From Octopus vulgaris (taxonomy: Eukaryota), in assembly GCA_951406725.2 (NCBI GenBank), contig OX597824.1:48422001-48486000 (forward strand): a stretch of DNA of 64,000 nucleotides, read 5' to 3'. The notes below the pieces were generated by a model. The model was not told the DNA's origin and made no database searches. It saw only the letters and a list, made by a program, of their open reading frames with translations. Below are positions 1-13,141 of the stretch, in pieces (the stretch's first letter is position 1; every line of letters begins with the position of its first letter). The position numbers and the translations under genes are program-made.

Positions 1-32
1 TAGTAGTAGTAGTAGTAGAGTAGTATTAGTAT

Positions 33-73
<41 letters not shown>

Positions 74-74
74 A

Positions 75-111
<37 letters not shown>
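1..111. repeat. (TAG)n microsatellite
   Basis: Near-pure tagtag run, truncated by the window start. Confidence 0.95.
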
Positions 112-112
<1 letters not shown>

Positions 113-295
113 ACAGCAGCAGCACCAGCAGCAGTAACTTCTTTTGTTGCCTCAAAGGTGACATTTTCAGGGAAATCAAAACACATATAACAGTGGGGCG
201 TTTCTGAATCGAAAGTGAAGGGAAATGAAGCAACAAATACAAACACAGATGCGCGCACACATACACATATGTATGTATATCTACCTATATATGTA

Positions 296-376
<81 letters not shown>

Positions 377-441
377 GATAGATATATACATATATATACA
401 CATTCATATATACATATAATATAATATGTATACATAATGTA

Positions 442-475
<34 letters not shown>

Positions 476-567
476 CATTATGTATACATAATATATTATA
501 CCAACAATGGCACCAGAATGAATATCTAGCAGTAATGCAGTTAAAACGCGCGTAGGTCCACGAACTA

Positions 568-634
568 ATGTTTAATAAAATTAACTGTTTAATAAAATTA
601 AATGTTTAATAAAATAACTGTTTAATAAAATTAT
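568..634. repeat. ~17-bp minisatellite, 4 copies (tgtttaataaaattaac)
   Basis: Four consecutive tgtttaataaaat(t)aa(c/a) units. Confidence 0.85.
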
Positions 635-720
635 AGATGTGGAAATTGCAAAAATATCACAAAAATACCACAAAACCCCGCTATTCAGAATTTGTGATGA
701 TTCTACATATATGTATATAT

Positions 721-1531
721 CAGAGGCGACTCCAGGTCTCAGTGTCACTCGGGCTCATTACAGATTTCGTTACTTGGGCTCATCTCAGATTTCGCATAAG
801 ACACATGCCTGCTCCAAGGGTTTTACGTTTTGCCGCAATATTTCTAGCCCCAAATGGCTTATTTTTTAATATCTAGCACTATGTCTTTCTCCATTTCTAA
901 GTTAAGGGTAAACATAAAGCAACCTAGCAAAACACAACTGATCTTTACACACAGACGCATAGAATAAGAGCAATCAAATAACGACAGCGGAGTGCACAAC
1001 AACCATCAGCGATCTGACTGTCGCTTGTACTTCGACAAGAGACACCAATTAGACTTTTATATCTACCAGGCTCTTTCGTATTAGCCCGAGTTGTTGGATA
1101 ATTTTTCGTTTCTTTAAGAATATTGTAGAACAGAAACTTTTCATAGATTGGAATTTAAATCCTAATCTCTATAGAAATTTATTATTTCAAGAAAACATTG
1201 AATTTGAATTATTTTAAATTTTTATGATTACAGATAATAACTCGGGCTGTAACTTCTGAGCCCGAGTCAGGTGCGCGTGAACGATGTCAAGAGAATGTCT
1301 GCTACGAATGGTATTTTTTGACACAGGACACCTCTATGACGACCGCCAGACGCTGAACGAAAATAATAAACTGCAACCAGGCTCAATAAAAGGTGCCCGA
1401 GTTACTGACTGAAATTACATACTTAATGACAGTGTTGGCAGAAATTAAATCTGCTTCGTAAATACACATTCACTTTAGTAAATTTATACTCGGGCTAAGC
1501 CCGAATAGCCCGAGTGCTGGAGTCACCACTG
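721..1531 (+). mobile_element. Non-autonomous TIR DNA transposon, hAT-like, copy 1
   Basis: Left end cagaggcgactccag and right end ctggagtcaccactg form a 15-bp imperfect TIR beginning CAG. Internal actcgggct/agcccgagt motifs recur. Flanks are (TA)n. A second, inverted copy lies at 55770-56534. Confidence 0.75.
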
Positions 1532-3205
1532 ATATATATATATGCATGCATATGAGTGCGGTGTGTGTGTATACCTATATCTGCTGGTGTGGGGCACTAG
1601 CGATCATGGCTATCATCTAGATAATGTCAATGCTACCATCCAACCGTTCTCTTGATGGGTTATGGATATCTGTGATGGTAAGTATAGGTGTATATAATCA
1701 CTACAGTTTCTTGCAAGTGTTGTATTAAATTATATTTTACTTTATTTTAAGCGAATCGCAATTGCTTCTCGGCGGTAAGAGAAGATCAAAGTAATGTTAG
1801 CTGCAAACTATTAAGTGATTGAACTGTGAAATTCTGGTTTAAGCACTTCATATAACACCTCATAACTTTTTTAATTTTTGAAATTTTCAGATAAATTTTG
1901 TAATTTGTGTTCTTCACACGGGAGTTGACACGATTATGCAAAAAAAAAACAAAAACAAAAAGAAAATTGCATAACGCCACCCCTATAAATCCTAAAAGTT
2001 TCACTCTATTTCGAATCTTTTTTATTTTAAACAGAGTTTAAAATATGGAGAGACCGAATTTTTTGCTTTAATCTCAACAATGGACCGCCTTTGGGTGCAT
2101 CATCATCCTATCAAATATGTTTATAGAATGACAATGAAACGAGGAAGGTATCAGGTGGTCGTGAGATGTGCTAAGAACAACAGCTAAATCGCCTTTAAAT
2201 CACACACAAATTAGCAAAAATCTCTAAAAATTCCCCAAAATAATAAAGTTATGTGGAATTATAAGGGGTGCTTAAATCAGAATTCCGCTGGCTAAACAAA
2301 AGATGCTGGGAATTGCAAGCTAACATTGATCCACAATATTTCTCGTGATATAATTTCATTTCAGCTTTATTCCCTTAGTTCTTGCCTCTAACTAAAGTCT
2401 GTGACACAGGACAAAGATTTAACTAAGCACGACTGGGCTGTTTGACTCCTCGGGATATTACATGCGTCACAAAAACGAGCTGACAATTACCTGGAGCGAG
2501 TAAGAGAACCTTAGATATCTGGCACAACTCTGAGTAATCAGGGTAGGTACACTCTCATATTTGTAATCACCGGCTTACAGTTTCCTTTTCTGTGCAGGAT
2601 CATTCAACACACAAAACTCACGAAAATGACTAAACTTTTAGAGGAATTTACAGGAATGTAGTGTTAACTCTCGTCACCATCATCTACTTCGGGAAGTGCT
2701 ATCTTAGAAAATGTAAGGGTTGGGCGTCTGGCCATAAATGAAAATGCCTGTGTTCAGTCGCCTTTATAGCGTCCTGCACATCACTTCTTACCTCAGAACC
2801 AGCATGGAAAAGAAAAGGTGCCTGCATTTCCTTGTCAAAGCAGACTGGTAAAGTATCTCATGTTATATTAAACATATGTGAATGACACCGTACGTACTTA
2901 TGTGTGCGTATGTGCGTGTATGTATATATGTATGTATGTAAACACACGCAAATGTATGTATGTATGTATGTGTGTATGCGTGTGTGTGTACACGGAGTCA
3001 TATAACATATGTTTAATAAAGCATATTTAATCTCGTTGTAAAAACAGACCCAGTGATTAAGCTCCGTGGATATATTTTCATAGTGACACGAAAAGCGTGG
3101 TTATTAAGCATATGGCATGCATAGTTATTCACAATCACACAATATTGTTACTAAAGTTACATATATATGTATGTATGAATGCATGTATGTTTTGTATATA
3201 TACAT

Positions 3206-3308
<103 letters not shown>

Positions 3309-3476
3309 ATACACACATATATATACATATATGTATAAATATATATGTACACACACACATATATGCTCACAGGTGTACATATAACCACGCCTAGACATGC
3401 GCGCATACAGCATGCGTGTGTGTGTGTTTCTGCGTATGTAAGTATGTCTGTATGTATGGGAGAATAGGTGTACAGA

Positions 3477-3600
3477 AGGCGGTGAATTGGTAGTGTCGTT
3501 AGAGCGTCGGACAGAATGTTTCGCTCTGAGTTCAAATCTTGCTGAAGTCATTTTTGTTTTTCATCCTTTCATAATCGACAAATAAAGTACCAGCCAGTAA
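3477..3600 (+). mobile_element. tRNA-derived SINE family A, partial
   Basis: ggcggtgaattggtag...gagttcaaat...tcatcctttc...aagtaccag matches the full copy at 47239. Confidence 0.7.
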
Positions 3601-4412
3601 TGGTGCCAATTCGACCCTCGTCCCACTCTCTCACTTTCTCGCTCTCTCTCTCTCTCTCACACACACTCTTTCCCCTTTCTCTCTTTTTCCATGCCTTTCT
3701 CTCTGGGAAAAAATCGGTTATGGTCAATCCTGGGGTGGCACGGACCTAGTGGTGCTGTAGACATTGGTATAAAACTGATAAAACCATGATAACAATAAAG
3801 AAATAAACAACTATATAATATGGCTCTTTTTCATCTCATGCATACTCATGGTATACAGTTTTGAGTCATCCACTAAGAAGCAGGGTGTAATTTTGGTATT
3901 TCTATCTCCAGTGAAATACCCTTCAGACTTCCTTAACAGACAAGGGGTTTTCTGAAAGTATGAACTGCATCACAGAAAGGCTGTCCCTCTGAAATATACC
4001 TCTGCGATACTGTATTTTATAAATAATAATACAATCACTCCTTGTATCTAACTTCAAGATGGTGGCCCACGATGAAGTCAATCAGCTATGGCTTTGACAA
4101 TACTCTCTGGAAGGGCTTCTAGCATCCATGTGGGGGAGACGAAATCAAAAGCTTTCTTGTAGTCCAACCACTCTGAAACCAGGTTTCTTCTCTGCTGTAT
4201 ACATTTTATACATTACATTCCGGCATGAACTTAATATTTTTTTTGTTTGCTATGTGGGTGGTTCTGCTTTTGGGATCATAAATGTATGCATATATGTATG
4301 TATGTATGTATGTATGTTTGTATGTATGTATGTATGTATGTATGTATGTATGTATGTATGTATGTATGTATGTATGTATTATGTATGTATGTATGTATGT
4401 ATGTATGTATGT

Positions 4413-4870
4413 CATTGTTCAGTTTTATTTCAAGATTTCTGGTCAATAGAGAAAGAGCCGGTTTCTAACCTAGATTCAAGGCTCCTTCATTGAAATTTCC
4501 ACATCAACAACAGGGTATTTTTGTTTGTTTGTATGCATGTATATGTGCAGATTTGTATGTTTTGCTTGATGTATGTATCCTCATGCATATAGTTGCATAT
4601 TTAGACATGCTCATATATATGATAAACTTCTGGAAAGTTTACAGATGTTAGAGTTCCAGTGATGGATTGGATCTATAGTCTTCAAATTAGCTTCCTCCTT
4701 TCTGGTTTTGAGAAGCCTAATTTCTCAAGATTGGTATTTAGGCAGTGTGTTACATATATCAGGGCTCCAATAATTACGGGTATAAACCTGAACTTGTAAT
4801 CTGGATAGAGTAACTGCAGATTTCTCAATAGTCTAGCATAGGTATTCCCTTTTTCATTGATCTTCAGCTT
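4413..4870 (-). mobile_element. 3' fragment of an RLE-type (R4/Dong-like) non-LTR retrotransposon in (CATA)n
   Basis: The minus strand encodes KLKINEKGNTYARLLRNLQLLYPDYKFRFIPVIIGAL, homologous to ORF 50165-50470. Both copies share the 3' UTR motif tagaaaccggctc. (TATG)n lies on both sides. Confidence 0.8.
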
Positions 4871-4915
4871 TGTATGTATGTATGTATGTATGTATATTAG
4901 TAAACAAAATGAAAT

Positions 4916-4967
4916 ATTTTACTGAAGATGGCCTCATCGCATAGCATAGGCCAATATGTTTTAAAAT
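4916..4967 (+). ncRNA. Degenerate hammerhead-ribozyme-like motif
   Basis: atttta CTGAAGA t GGCCT-loop-AGGCC aatatgtt ttaaaat. Box 1, stem II and stem I are present; the GAAA box is corrupted. Confidence 0.35.
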
Positions 4968-5024
4968 CCAAATATGATAAAGTTGAGCGACACACAAAGA
5001 ACTCATTAATATTTCTGGCCAATT

Positions 5025-5180
5025 TTATGTTCTGAGTTCAAATTCCGGCTACGTCGACTTAGTCTTACATTCTTTCAGGGTCCATAAAATAAGTACCTGT
5101 TGAACATAGGAGTCGATGTTATCGACTTACGCTCCCCACTACCCCAAAATTGCTGGTTTTGTGCCAAAATTTGAAATCAA
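5025..5180 (+). mobile_element. tRNA-derived SINE family A, partial
   Basis: gttctgagttcaaattccg...gtcgactt...aagtacc...gtcgatgttatcgact core. Confidence 0.65.
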
Positions 5181-5564
5181 TATTTTCTTTTACTTTTTAA
5201 TTTTATTCTTTACTTTCTTTTTGCCACATTTTCTGTTTGATTTAGAAATTTTTCTGGATATCAACCCTACTGGGAAAGAAATAGAACAAAATCTGTTTCG
5301 TTGCCATTACTGTTTCATTCATTTATAAATTCATTCAATTCTTTCTTTCCTTCCTTCTTGTTTACTGCGAATTTTCCTAATTTTTTTCACATTCTTTTTT
5401 ATTTTAATTGTCTATTTATTTATAAACCAGCCAAGATTTAACTTCAACCACTCAACAAAGTATTGTTTACTAAGTAAGAAAATACAGTTCAACATATGTA
5501 AATTCCACTCAAAGATGACACTGTTCCAGAAATCACATCTGAGTCTTTTCTCCCCTCCCCCTCT

Positions 5565-5618
<54 letters not shown>

Positions 5619-6295
5619 GCCATTCAGAAGATTTCTAATACTATGGCCCATGTGTGGCGTATAGAATATACACGCTTACGTTAAATAAATATAAATAAAT
5701 TCATTCAATTCTTTCTGTCCTTCCTTCTTTTTAATGTCATTGTGTAAATAGATTCCGCACTTTAAACTAGAAGTAGTCGCTTTGCGCAACAGAATTAAGA
5801 ACAAGTTTGACTAGTTTCGATGACCATCAGAATATACGGACATGCAAATCAGCCAAAAATAGAGTCGGTTGTTCATAACATTTTCATAAGTCTCTGTAAG
5901 CTATCACGAGAGAAACAGCAGCTTACAGCTACTTATAAAGAATGATATGAACAACCGACACTGTTTTGCCCATTTGCATATCACTTTACTCGTTGGCGAT
6001 ACGTTCTACTTTAATAAAGTGGTGAGACACCGTGCTTCTGAATAAGTTGAAAGTAAATTTATAAACGCATGTCTAAACACATACGTTTAGCCTTATTGTG
6101 TAAATCGACCTTAAGCCAGTTCTCTCTCACTCTCACTTTCTATCTGTCTGTCAGTCTGTCTGACTATCTGTCTGTCAGTTTGTCCGTCTGTCTGTCCATC
6201 CATCCGTCCATCTGTCTATCTGTCTGTCTGTCTATCTGTCCGTCTGTCTGCTTGTTTATCTATCTGGCTGTGCGTCTGCCTGTAAGTTTATTTAC

Positions 6296-6369
<74 letters not shown>

Positions 6370-7889
6370 GTCACTCTCGCCCAGCAATGGGCCGAGAGGA
6401 AACTGTCCCTAAAAGGTCGGGCGGAGGTGGTGAACGCGTACATCGCGTCCATCATCTACTACCGCCTGACCGTCGTACCTTGTCCCGACCCTACCATCAC
6501 CAAACTAGAACGCATCCTCTTCCGCTTCTTGTGGAAAGGATGCGTCCCGATGGTCAGGCGATCCATTTGCTGTCAACACCCGTTAAAAGGAGGGCTGGGC
6601 ATGCCGTGGTTGATGATGCGCAGACACGCGCTGATACTGCGACATCTCCGGCTCTATGTAGACGACGGTGAACAGGTGTGGTCGCCGTTTGTGAGGCACG
6701 CATTCCCGCAACTCGTCTCCATGACCGAACTACAGTCGTGGATCAAAAAGAGGCCGAAGAAGGGCGAATGGCACCGCGAGTGTCGCGTTGCTCTCAAGCA
6801 ACTCTGCCGTCCCGGGTCGACCTTGAGTGACTTCAACACAACCAAAGCATTCTATAGGGGATTAGTGGAGGGGAGGTACGACGACGAGCTCGGGGCAAAC
6901 CTGGGCGTCGACGAGGAATACCTGACCCGCCTGTTTCAAACGACTTTCGGCCCGGGACCTATGGACAACTTCCAGAGATCTCTGGCCTGGCGGTGCTACC
7001 GAGAAGCGCTACCCGTTCGGGATAAGCTCTATAGGCATGGCTCGAGAAACACGGGGCCGACCTGCCCGAGATGCGGGCAGAGCGACGAAACCGCTCTGCA
7101 CGCAATCGTGCAGTGTCCAGCAATTTCCCACCTGTGGGCTTATGTCGAACGACTGCTGTCACGTGTGGGACGTGTCGGTTTATCAGCCGAGTCTATCGTT
7201 AATATCGTCACGCCTCCTTCCTTCAAACGGGAAGGAAGAGCTATTTTTATCATACTTGTGGCTATGGCGAAAGAATGTATCTGGTGGACGCGTCTGAAAG
7301 GATTAGAGACAAACACTTTCCTCTCTGGTCAATCTCTCATCAACTTCTTCAAGTATCACTTGAAGAAAAAAGTGAGAGTAGAGAGGCAAGTTTTGACTAG
7401 TGAATGTTTTAAAAAAAGATGGGTGAATGTAGCAAGGATGGCACGTATGAATGACGAAGCCACCTTGACTATGATTCTATGAACCGTAAAAATTAATACA
7501 GAGAGTTGCTTATTTGCAAAAAAAAAAAAAAAAAAAAAAAGAAATATAACATGTGACTTCATTGACCGAGGTTACCGTGGTCTTTTCCGTAGGCTTTTCT
7601 TTCCACGGGTAAACCTCACCTGTCCTCCCCTTTACACTTCATATTGACATTTCTGTGATAACGATCCCTATTGATCAATTTTTTCCTCTCCCCCTTTTTT
7701 TTTGTCCTCTTTCTCTCCTTTTACGATCCCTTTTGATCGACCCCCCCTTTTTTATTTTATTTTTATTTTATTTTTTTATTTTTTATTTTTTATTTTTTTT
7801 TTATTTTTATTTTTTAAACCTTCAAAAGAAAAGCTCTACCTTGTAATTTGTTCTATCTGTGTGCAGCCCTGTGTGGCTAATAAAGAAAC
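6370..7889 (+). mobile_element. 5'-truncated Tx1/L1-clade LINE inserted in (TATC)n, copy A
   Basis: ORF2 C-terminal part with KGGLG and the CCHC finger CPRCGQSDETALHAIVQC. T-rich 3' UTR ends gccctgtgtggctaataaagaaac. (TATC)n lies at 6296-6369 and ~7895-8073. Confidence 0.9.
6427..7482 (+). pseudogene. Uninterrupted C-terminal remnant of LINE ORF2 (post-RT region plus CCHC zinc finger)
   Basis: 351-aa open frame with no stop or frameshift. It lacks the endonuclease and RT core because of the 5' truncation. Confidence 0.8.
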
Positions 7890-7965
7890 ATACCTATCTA
7901 TCTATCAGTTTGTCTATCTGTCTGGCTGCTTGCCTGCCTGCTTGTCTCTCTATCTGCCTGCTTGC

Positions 7966-8073
<108 letters not shown>

Positions 8074-8517
8074 TTCCGTATATTTTTTTCGCTTCCTTTT
8101 GCTGCTATGAGAAAAATGCCATTGAAACAAATCGTAACAAGATGAAGAATCTAAATATAGACTAAGAAATTTGCAAAAGAGAGCCGAAGGAAAATACTAC
8201 AGAAGGAAAAATATGGTTAAAAACTATTTATATTTTCTTAATATAGAATCTAATAAGGAGAAAGAAAAAAAAGAAATAATAAATGAAACAAAGCGTAACA
8301 AATGTGCGCTAAAAGCAGTAAGTACAATTAATATAAATAAAAAAAATAAGCAAGCAGGCAAAAGACAAAAGCTAACAAAAGAGATAACAACAGCAAAGAA
8401 CGGCAACAAATTCGAATATAAGTAAAATCATTTTGTTACAGTGAATGGTTGGCAAGATTCTTGCTTTTGTAAACCTTGACAACGTTAGAACGTCAATTCT
8501 GATTGCTGCTACTGCTG

Positions 8518-8621
<104 letters not shown>

Positions 8622-8742
8622 GTTGGTGCTGTCTTCATGTTACGATTTTTTCCTTTTCCTTCCTGTATTACCAAACTGAATTACACACACACACAAACAC
8701 GCATATACACACATTCATATATATATAGACACATATATATAC

Positions 8743-8782
<40 letters not shown>

Positions 8783-8810
8783 GTGTTTGTGTGTGTTTCT
8801 GTGTGTGTGT

Positions 8811-9182
8811 GGTTTAGTGGTTAGGTTGTTGAACTCACGACCGCTAGATCGTGGATTCGATCCCCAGACACGTCAGTGCGTTGGGTTCTCAAGCAAAGCA
8901 CTTAATTTCACGTTGCCCCCAGCCACCTCTCTTTCGATCTGGGATGAATGTTGACCGGCTCGCCTGACCAGCGGGAGATGTATAATTTCTTTATTATTAG
9001 ATCAATAATCTAATAATAAAGAAATTATCAGACGAGCCGGTCAACATTCATCCCGGATCGAAAGAGAGGTGACTGGGGGCAACGTGAAATTAAGTGCTTT
9101 GCTTGAGAACCCAACGCACTGACGTGTCTGGGGATCGAATCCACGATCTAGCGGTCGTGAGTTCAACAACCTAACTACTAAA

Positions 9183-9185
<3 letters not shown>
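8811..9185. repeat. Near-perfect fold-back palindrome of a tRNA-derived SINE head
   Basis: 8811-8966 is the reverse complement of 9029-9185 with few mismatches. An inner 21-bp perfect stem (8982-9002/9008-9028) closes a 5-nt loop. Confidence 0.95.
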
Positions 9186-9217
<32 letters not shown>

Positions 9218-10479
9218 TTCTTTATTGTAAGGTTCCGAATGATGCCAACCCGCTGGCTAAGGCGGACAGGCCAATATTCCTCCTGAACGTGTCACAAGGC
9301 TACCTATTTACTGCTAAGTGAATTGAATTAATGTGAAATTAAGTGTTTCCCCTAAGAATACAACGCACCACCGGTCTGGATGTAGAAACCATGATCCTAC
9401 GAGCGTGAGTGCAGCATCCTAACCATTAGGCCATGTGCCTCCATAGATTTCTTATTAATTCGGTATAAAAAGGATTCATTTTCGTTCTGTTTATAACAAT
9501 ATGTTAACGTCTGCTGGACAACTATCATAGAAGACGCCCTTATTTAATTCTTAAGTCTAACAAATAATTGCCATGTGTCTAATGCAAACGTATTCGTATG
9601 GGGATAGCAAATGTATGAGCATATGATGAAATATATTATACTTGCTTTTATTCTTCCCCACAAAATATGCTTGTAAAGTAGGGTGTATCTTATGCGAGAG
9701 TACGTCTTATACACAGGCAAATACAGTAATTCTTACTTCTGCGGACACCTGTTGCAAACCATTACATCTGATCTGTTATGTTTACGTTTTACAGAAATTT
9801 TGATTGGAACATTCCATCAGTCTTCCTTCATTTCAAATTGAGTGTTTTCTACTGCTAAATATAACGTCTTATATTTTGATCTTCAGGACTCACCTTTCTT
9901 TGGATAGCATTGTGTAGTGTCTTGGCCATGGCATTCTTGTCTGATAGATTGGCCACCCCATGATGATATTTTCTGACAGTTGCTTAAGTTGTGGACCCCG
10001 TCTTTAATGATTAATCCCACAGTCTACATTAGTTATCACTTCCAAATTTTTATTTGCATCGCTATCCTTTTGTGCATCAGGTGTTTTATTGTTATTTATC
10101 GTTCCTGTGAACTAAGTAAGAGCTAATATATCGATTATTGATCCATTATAGGCTACTTTGGATATTACCGTTCTGAAGATTTCTAACAGCGTAGCAATGC
10201 AAAACTTGCTGATATGAGTACGGCCTTTCATCTAATGTTCTATTGCTGCAGCACATTGCAAATTCCATGGGTTGCGTATCTCTGGTCATCAGTCACGGAA
10301 CATTTTCTGAGGGTCTTATAACCATCTCTCAACATGCAATTTACCTCATGTATTGAAGTCTTAACCCATGTATGCACTTCGATACTTGAACATTTGTAAA
10401 TATTGACAAAGAAATATGATGCCACCTCCAAGGACTTTGTATCGTCATTGATGATGGTAAATTGCATTTTGAGAGGAAG

Positions 10480-10805
10480 AAAATTAAAGTCGACCTCGGA
10501 GGAATTTGAACTTAGAACACAAAGACGGACCGAATGCCGCTAACCATTTTCCCCGGCGTGTCAACAATTCTGCCGGCTCGCCACCTTATTCATATTATTC
10601 ATATTGGTTCCAAATTTTGGTATAAGGCCAGCAATTTCGGGGGCTTGGGGCTCGTAGATTACATCTACCCCAGTGTTCAACTGGTAATTATTTTACCGAT
10701 CCCGAAAGGAAGTAAGTTAAAGTCGAACTCGGCAGAATTTGAACTCAGAACATAAAGACGGAACATTTTGTCTGGCATGCTAACGATTCTGCCTCATCGC
10801 TGCCA
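10480..10805 (-). mobile_element. Two partial SINE family A copies
   Basis: aaagtcgacctcggaggaatttgaactt and aaagtcgaactcggcagaatttgaactcagaac are reverse complements of the SINE A core. Confidence 0.7.
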
Positions 10806-10924
10806 AGAGTAGCTCAAGTTTTAGTATGAGTGCTGGTAAAGCAAACGTATTGTGGGCCATTCATTTGTTATATTCATGTTAAAATAAACCCAACACATAT
10901 TCACATACATGTGTGTATACTATC

Positions 10925-11200
10925 TTTTACTTTTCATCTGTTACTTGTTCCGGACATTTGACAGCAGCCATGCTGGGGCACCACTTTTGAATCGACCCAA
11001 TGACTTATTTTTTAAAGCCTATCAGTTGTTTTGCCGAGCCGCTAGGTTACGGGGACGTAAAAGCACGAACACCGGTTGTCAAGCGGCAGTGAGGAACAAA
11101 CACGGACACAAACACACAAACACACACACACACACACACACACACGGTAGCGTGTAGTCGGAAAGCAAATTTCTTACTCCACAGTGACGCCTGCGCTTGT
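10925..11200 (-). mobile_element. tRNA-derived SINE family B (internal CA/TA microsatellite), degenerate
   Basis: catttgacagcagccatgctggggcacc...ttacggggacgtaaa...ggttgtcaagc matches the other family B copies. Confidence 0.6.
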
Positions 11201-12040
11201 TAAATATATGGATTGAATCTGGTAGCTAAGAAACATGTGGTGCATTCCAAGATAAAGTGTTAAACAGAAGCTTCAGTGTGGCAACCTGCACATGTTGTAC
11301 ACTCTCCATCCTTCACTCTATTCTATATTCCCTACTTCTGCTGCTGGTCAAAGCATAGGCAATAAAGATGAAACCGGTAACGGCTGGTTATAGTGCAAAT
11401 ACTTTTTTCTGCTATTATGTTTTGTATTATACACCCCAACGCAGTATTTGGAATTAATGGAGTTATTAGATCGATCACTACTTCTGTGTTTATATGCTTA
11501 TTATGTTTACTTGGAGGTTCCTAGAAGAGCTTACAGAAAGTACAATAGCCGTGAAGACTACAGAATCTAGATTAAAAAGAATGGTGTTGTATTTACTGCA
11601 AGTTAGCAAATCGACAACGCCATACCTTCTCATAGTGTAACAACGCACCAGTTTCCGAAACGTTACATCCTTTATTCCTCAATGCATGTGAACTTTTCCA
11701 AGATCCCTGCTTTTCCTTAATTGTTGCTTACGTAGACAAGCACCATTTGTTTTAAGATTCCAAATTTCCTTCTGTTTCTTATTTTTGTCCAGACTTTGTC
11801 TTTTCCTTCATCTTTTCGCTGTGACTATTACTGTAGAAGCTTTCGCGGTTTTATATCAATGAAAATGCTTCCTCAAGTAGCCCAAATATTGATACTAACA
11901 TTACTGTTGCAAATGTGTTCTGAGTTATTTCCTTGCTTTCGAAATAGAAATAGCCAACAGTCAATAATCTGCAGGCGTAAAATTCTTTAGCTAAGCTATC
12001 TTTTGCCACAGCACCATGATATATATACATATATACATAC

Positions 12041-12174
<134 letters not shown>

Positions 12175-12901
12175 GCCCAAAGTTCCGGGGAAATTAGAAA
12201 CGTAAAACTAAAGCAGTTCATATATCAACTGACAAGAGTAGAAAACAATGGCGTTTCTTGTTATTTATGGCTTTAAGGTTTGTCTTAGATGTAATAATAT
12301 TTTGATGTTTGATATAAATTAAACAAATATATAACATGTGGGGTCATATCTAAAGCATATAATCCCTGCACCTATATATCACTGCATATATATACATACA
12401 TACATACATACACACACACACACGCACACACACACACATATATATATATATTATTATTATTATTATATATGCACATATATTTATTAAAGATATGTTACAG
12501 CTTGTATTACTGCATCTCTATTGCACATATATACTTACTGTATAAGCTTATCCTTGCGCGTGCGTGTATATTTGTGCACTCCAACAAGGAGTTAGTAGAA
12601 TAATGTTCTGAAATATGAAAGCATCTCATCACGTCGCATATGCAGAGACCACCCAGAGACAATTGACCACATAATTTTTGGACGCAGCAGACTGGTACCA
12701 AAAGAATACTTGCAAAAGCAAGTACTGGGCAATTCAGTACATACACTGGTCAATTTGCTGCACATGCTGCATTCCTCACAAAAACAATTAGTGGGAACAC
12801 AAACCGCCACATTCTGATTTGATCTGAGATCGTGGGCTGAAGCAAAAACAATTGCAGCGTTTGTAAACTATTCAAGAGCACACAGAAACCGCTAGTTTCA
12901 C

Positions 12902-13141
12902 GGCATTACTTAAATACAGAGGTTCCGATGCATCTACATAATGATATGAAGGGGATGGTTAGTTTTAGGGTTAGTTTTTAGGGTTAAGGTTAGGTTTAGT
13001 TTTAGGGTGGATTAGGGTTAGGGTGTCATTACACGTCCACACAGCGTAAATTTTAAATGTTTTGTATGTAATACCTATATTTAAGTAGTACCTCTGTATT
13101 TATGTAGTACCGTTAAGGGACTTCTGTATTTAAGAAGTACC
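12902..13141. mobile_element. Merlin-like MITE containing degenerate TTAGGG repeats, with an 8-bp TSD
   Basis: TIRs ggcattacttaaatacagagg and the reverse complement ggtacttcttaaatacagaag (17/21). TSD agtttcac at 12894-12901 and 13142-13149. Internal ggttagggtt-type array at ~12958-13024. Confidence 0.75.

Noticed and set aside
215-424. The many YI/HT/LSIY/CV-repeat ORFs, here and throughout the window
   Set aside because: They are translations of (TA)n, (CA)n, (TATC)n, (TATG)n and (ATT)n microsatellites.
568-634. CRISPR-like array
   Set aside because: Contiguous repeats with no unique spacers, no cas genes and a eukaryotic context.
2580-2855. Candidate exon (ttttctgtgcag acceptor, gtaaag donor)
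   Set aside because: Stops occur in all three frames shortly after the acceptor. A non-coding exon cannot be supported without RNA data.
9800-10470. Decayed RTE-like LINE on the minus strand
   Set aside because: Only vague peptide resemblance across many stops and frameshifts; not supportable without a profile search.
12958-13024. True telomere or chromosome-fusion scar
   Set aside because: Short, degenerate, single orientation and enclosed in a MITE with a TSD.
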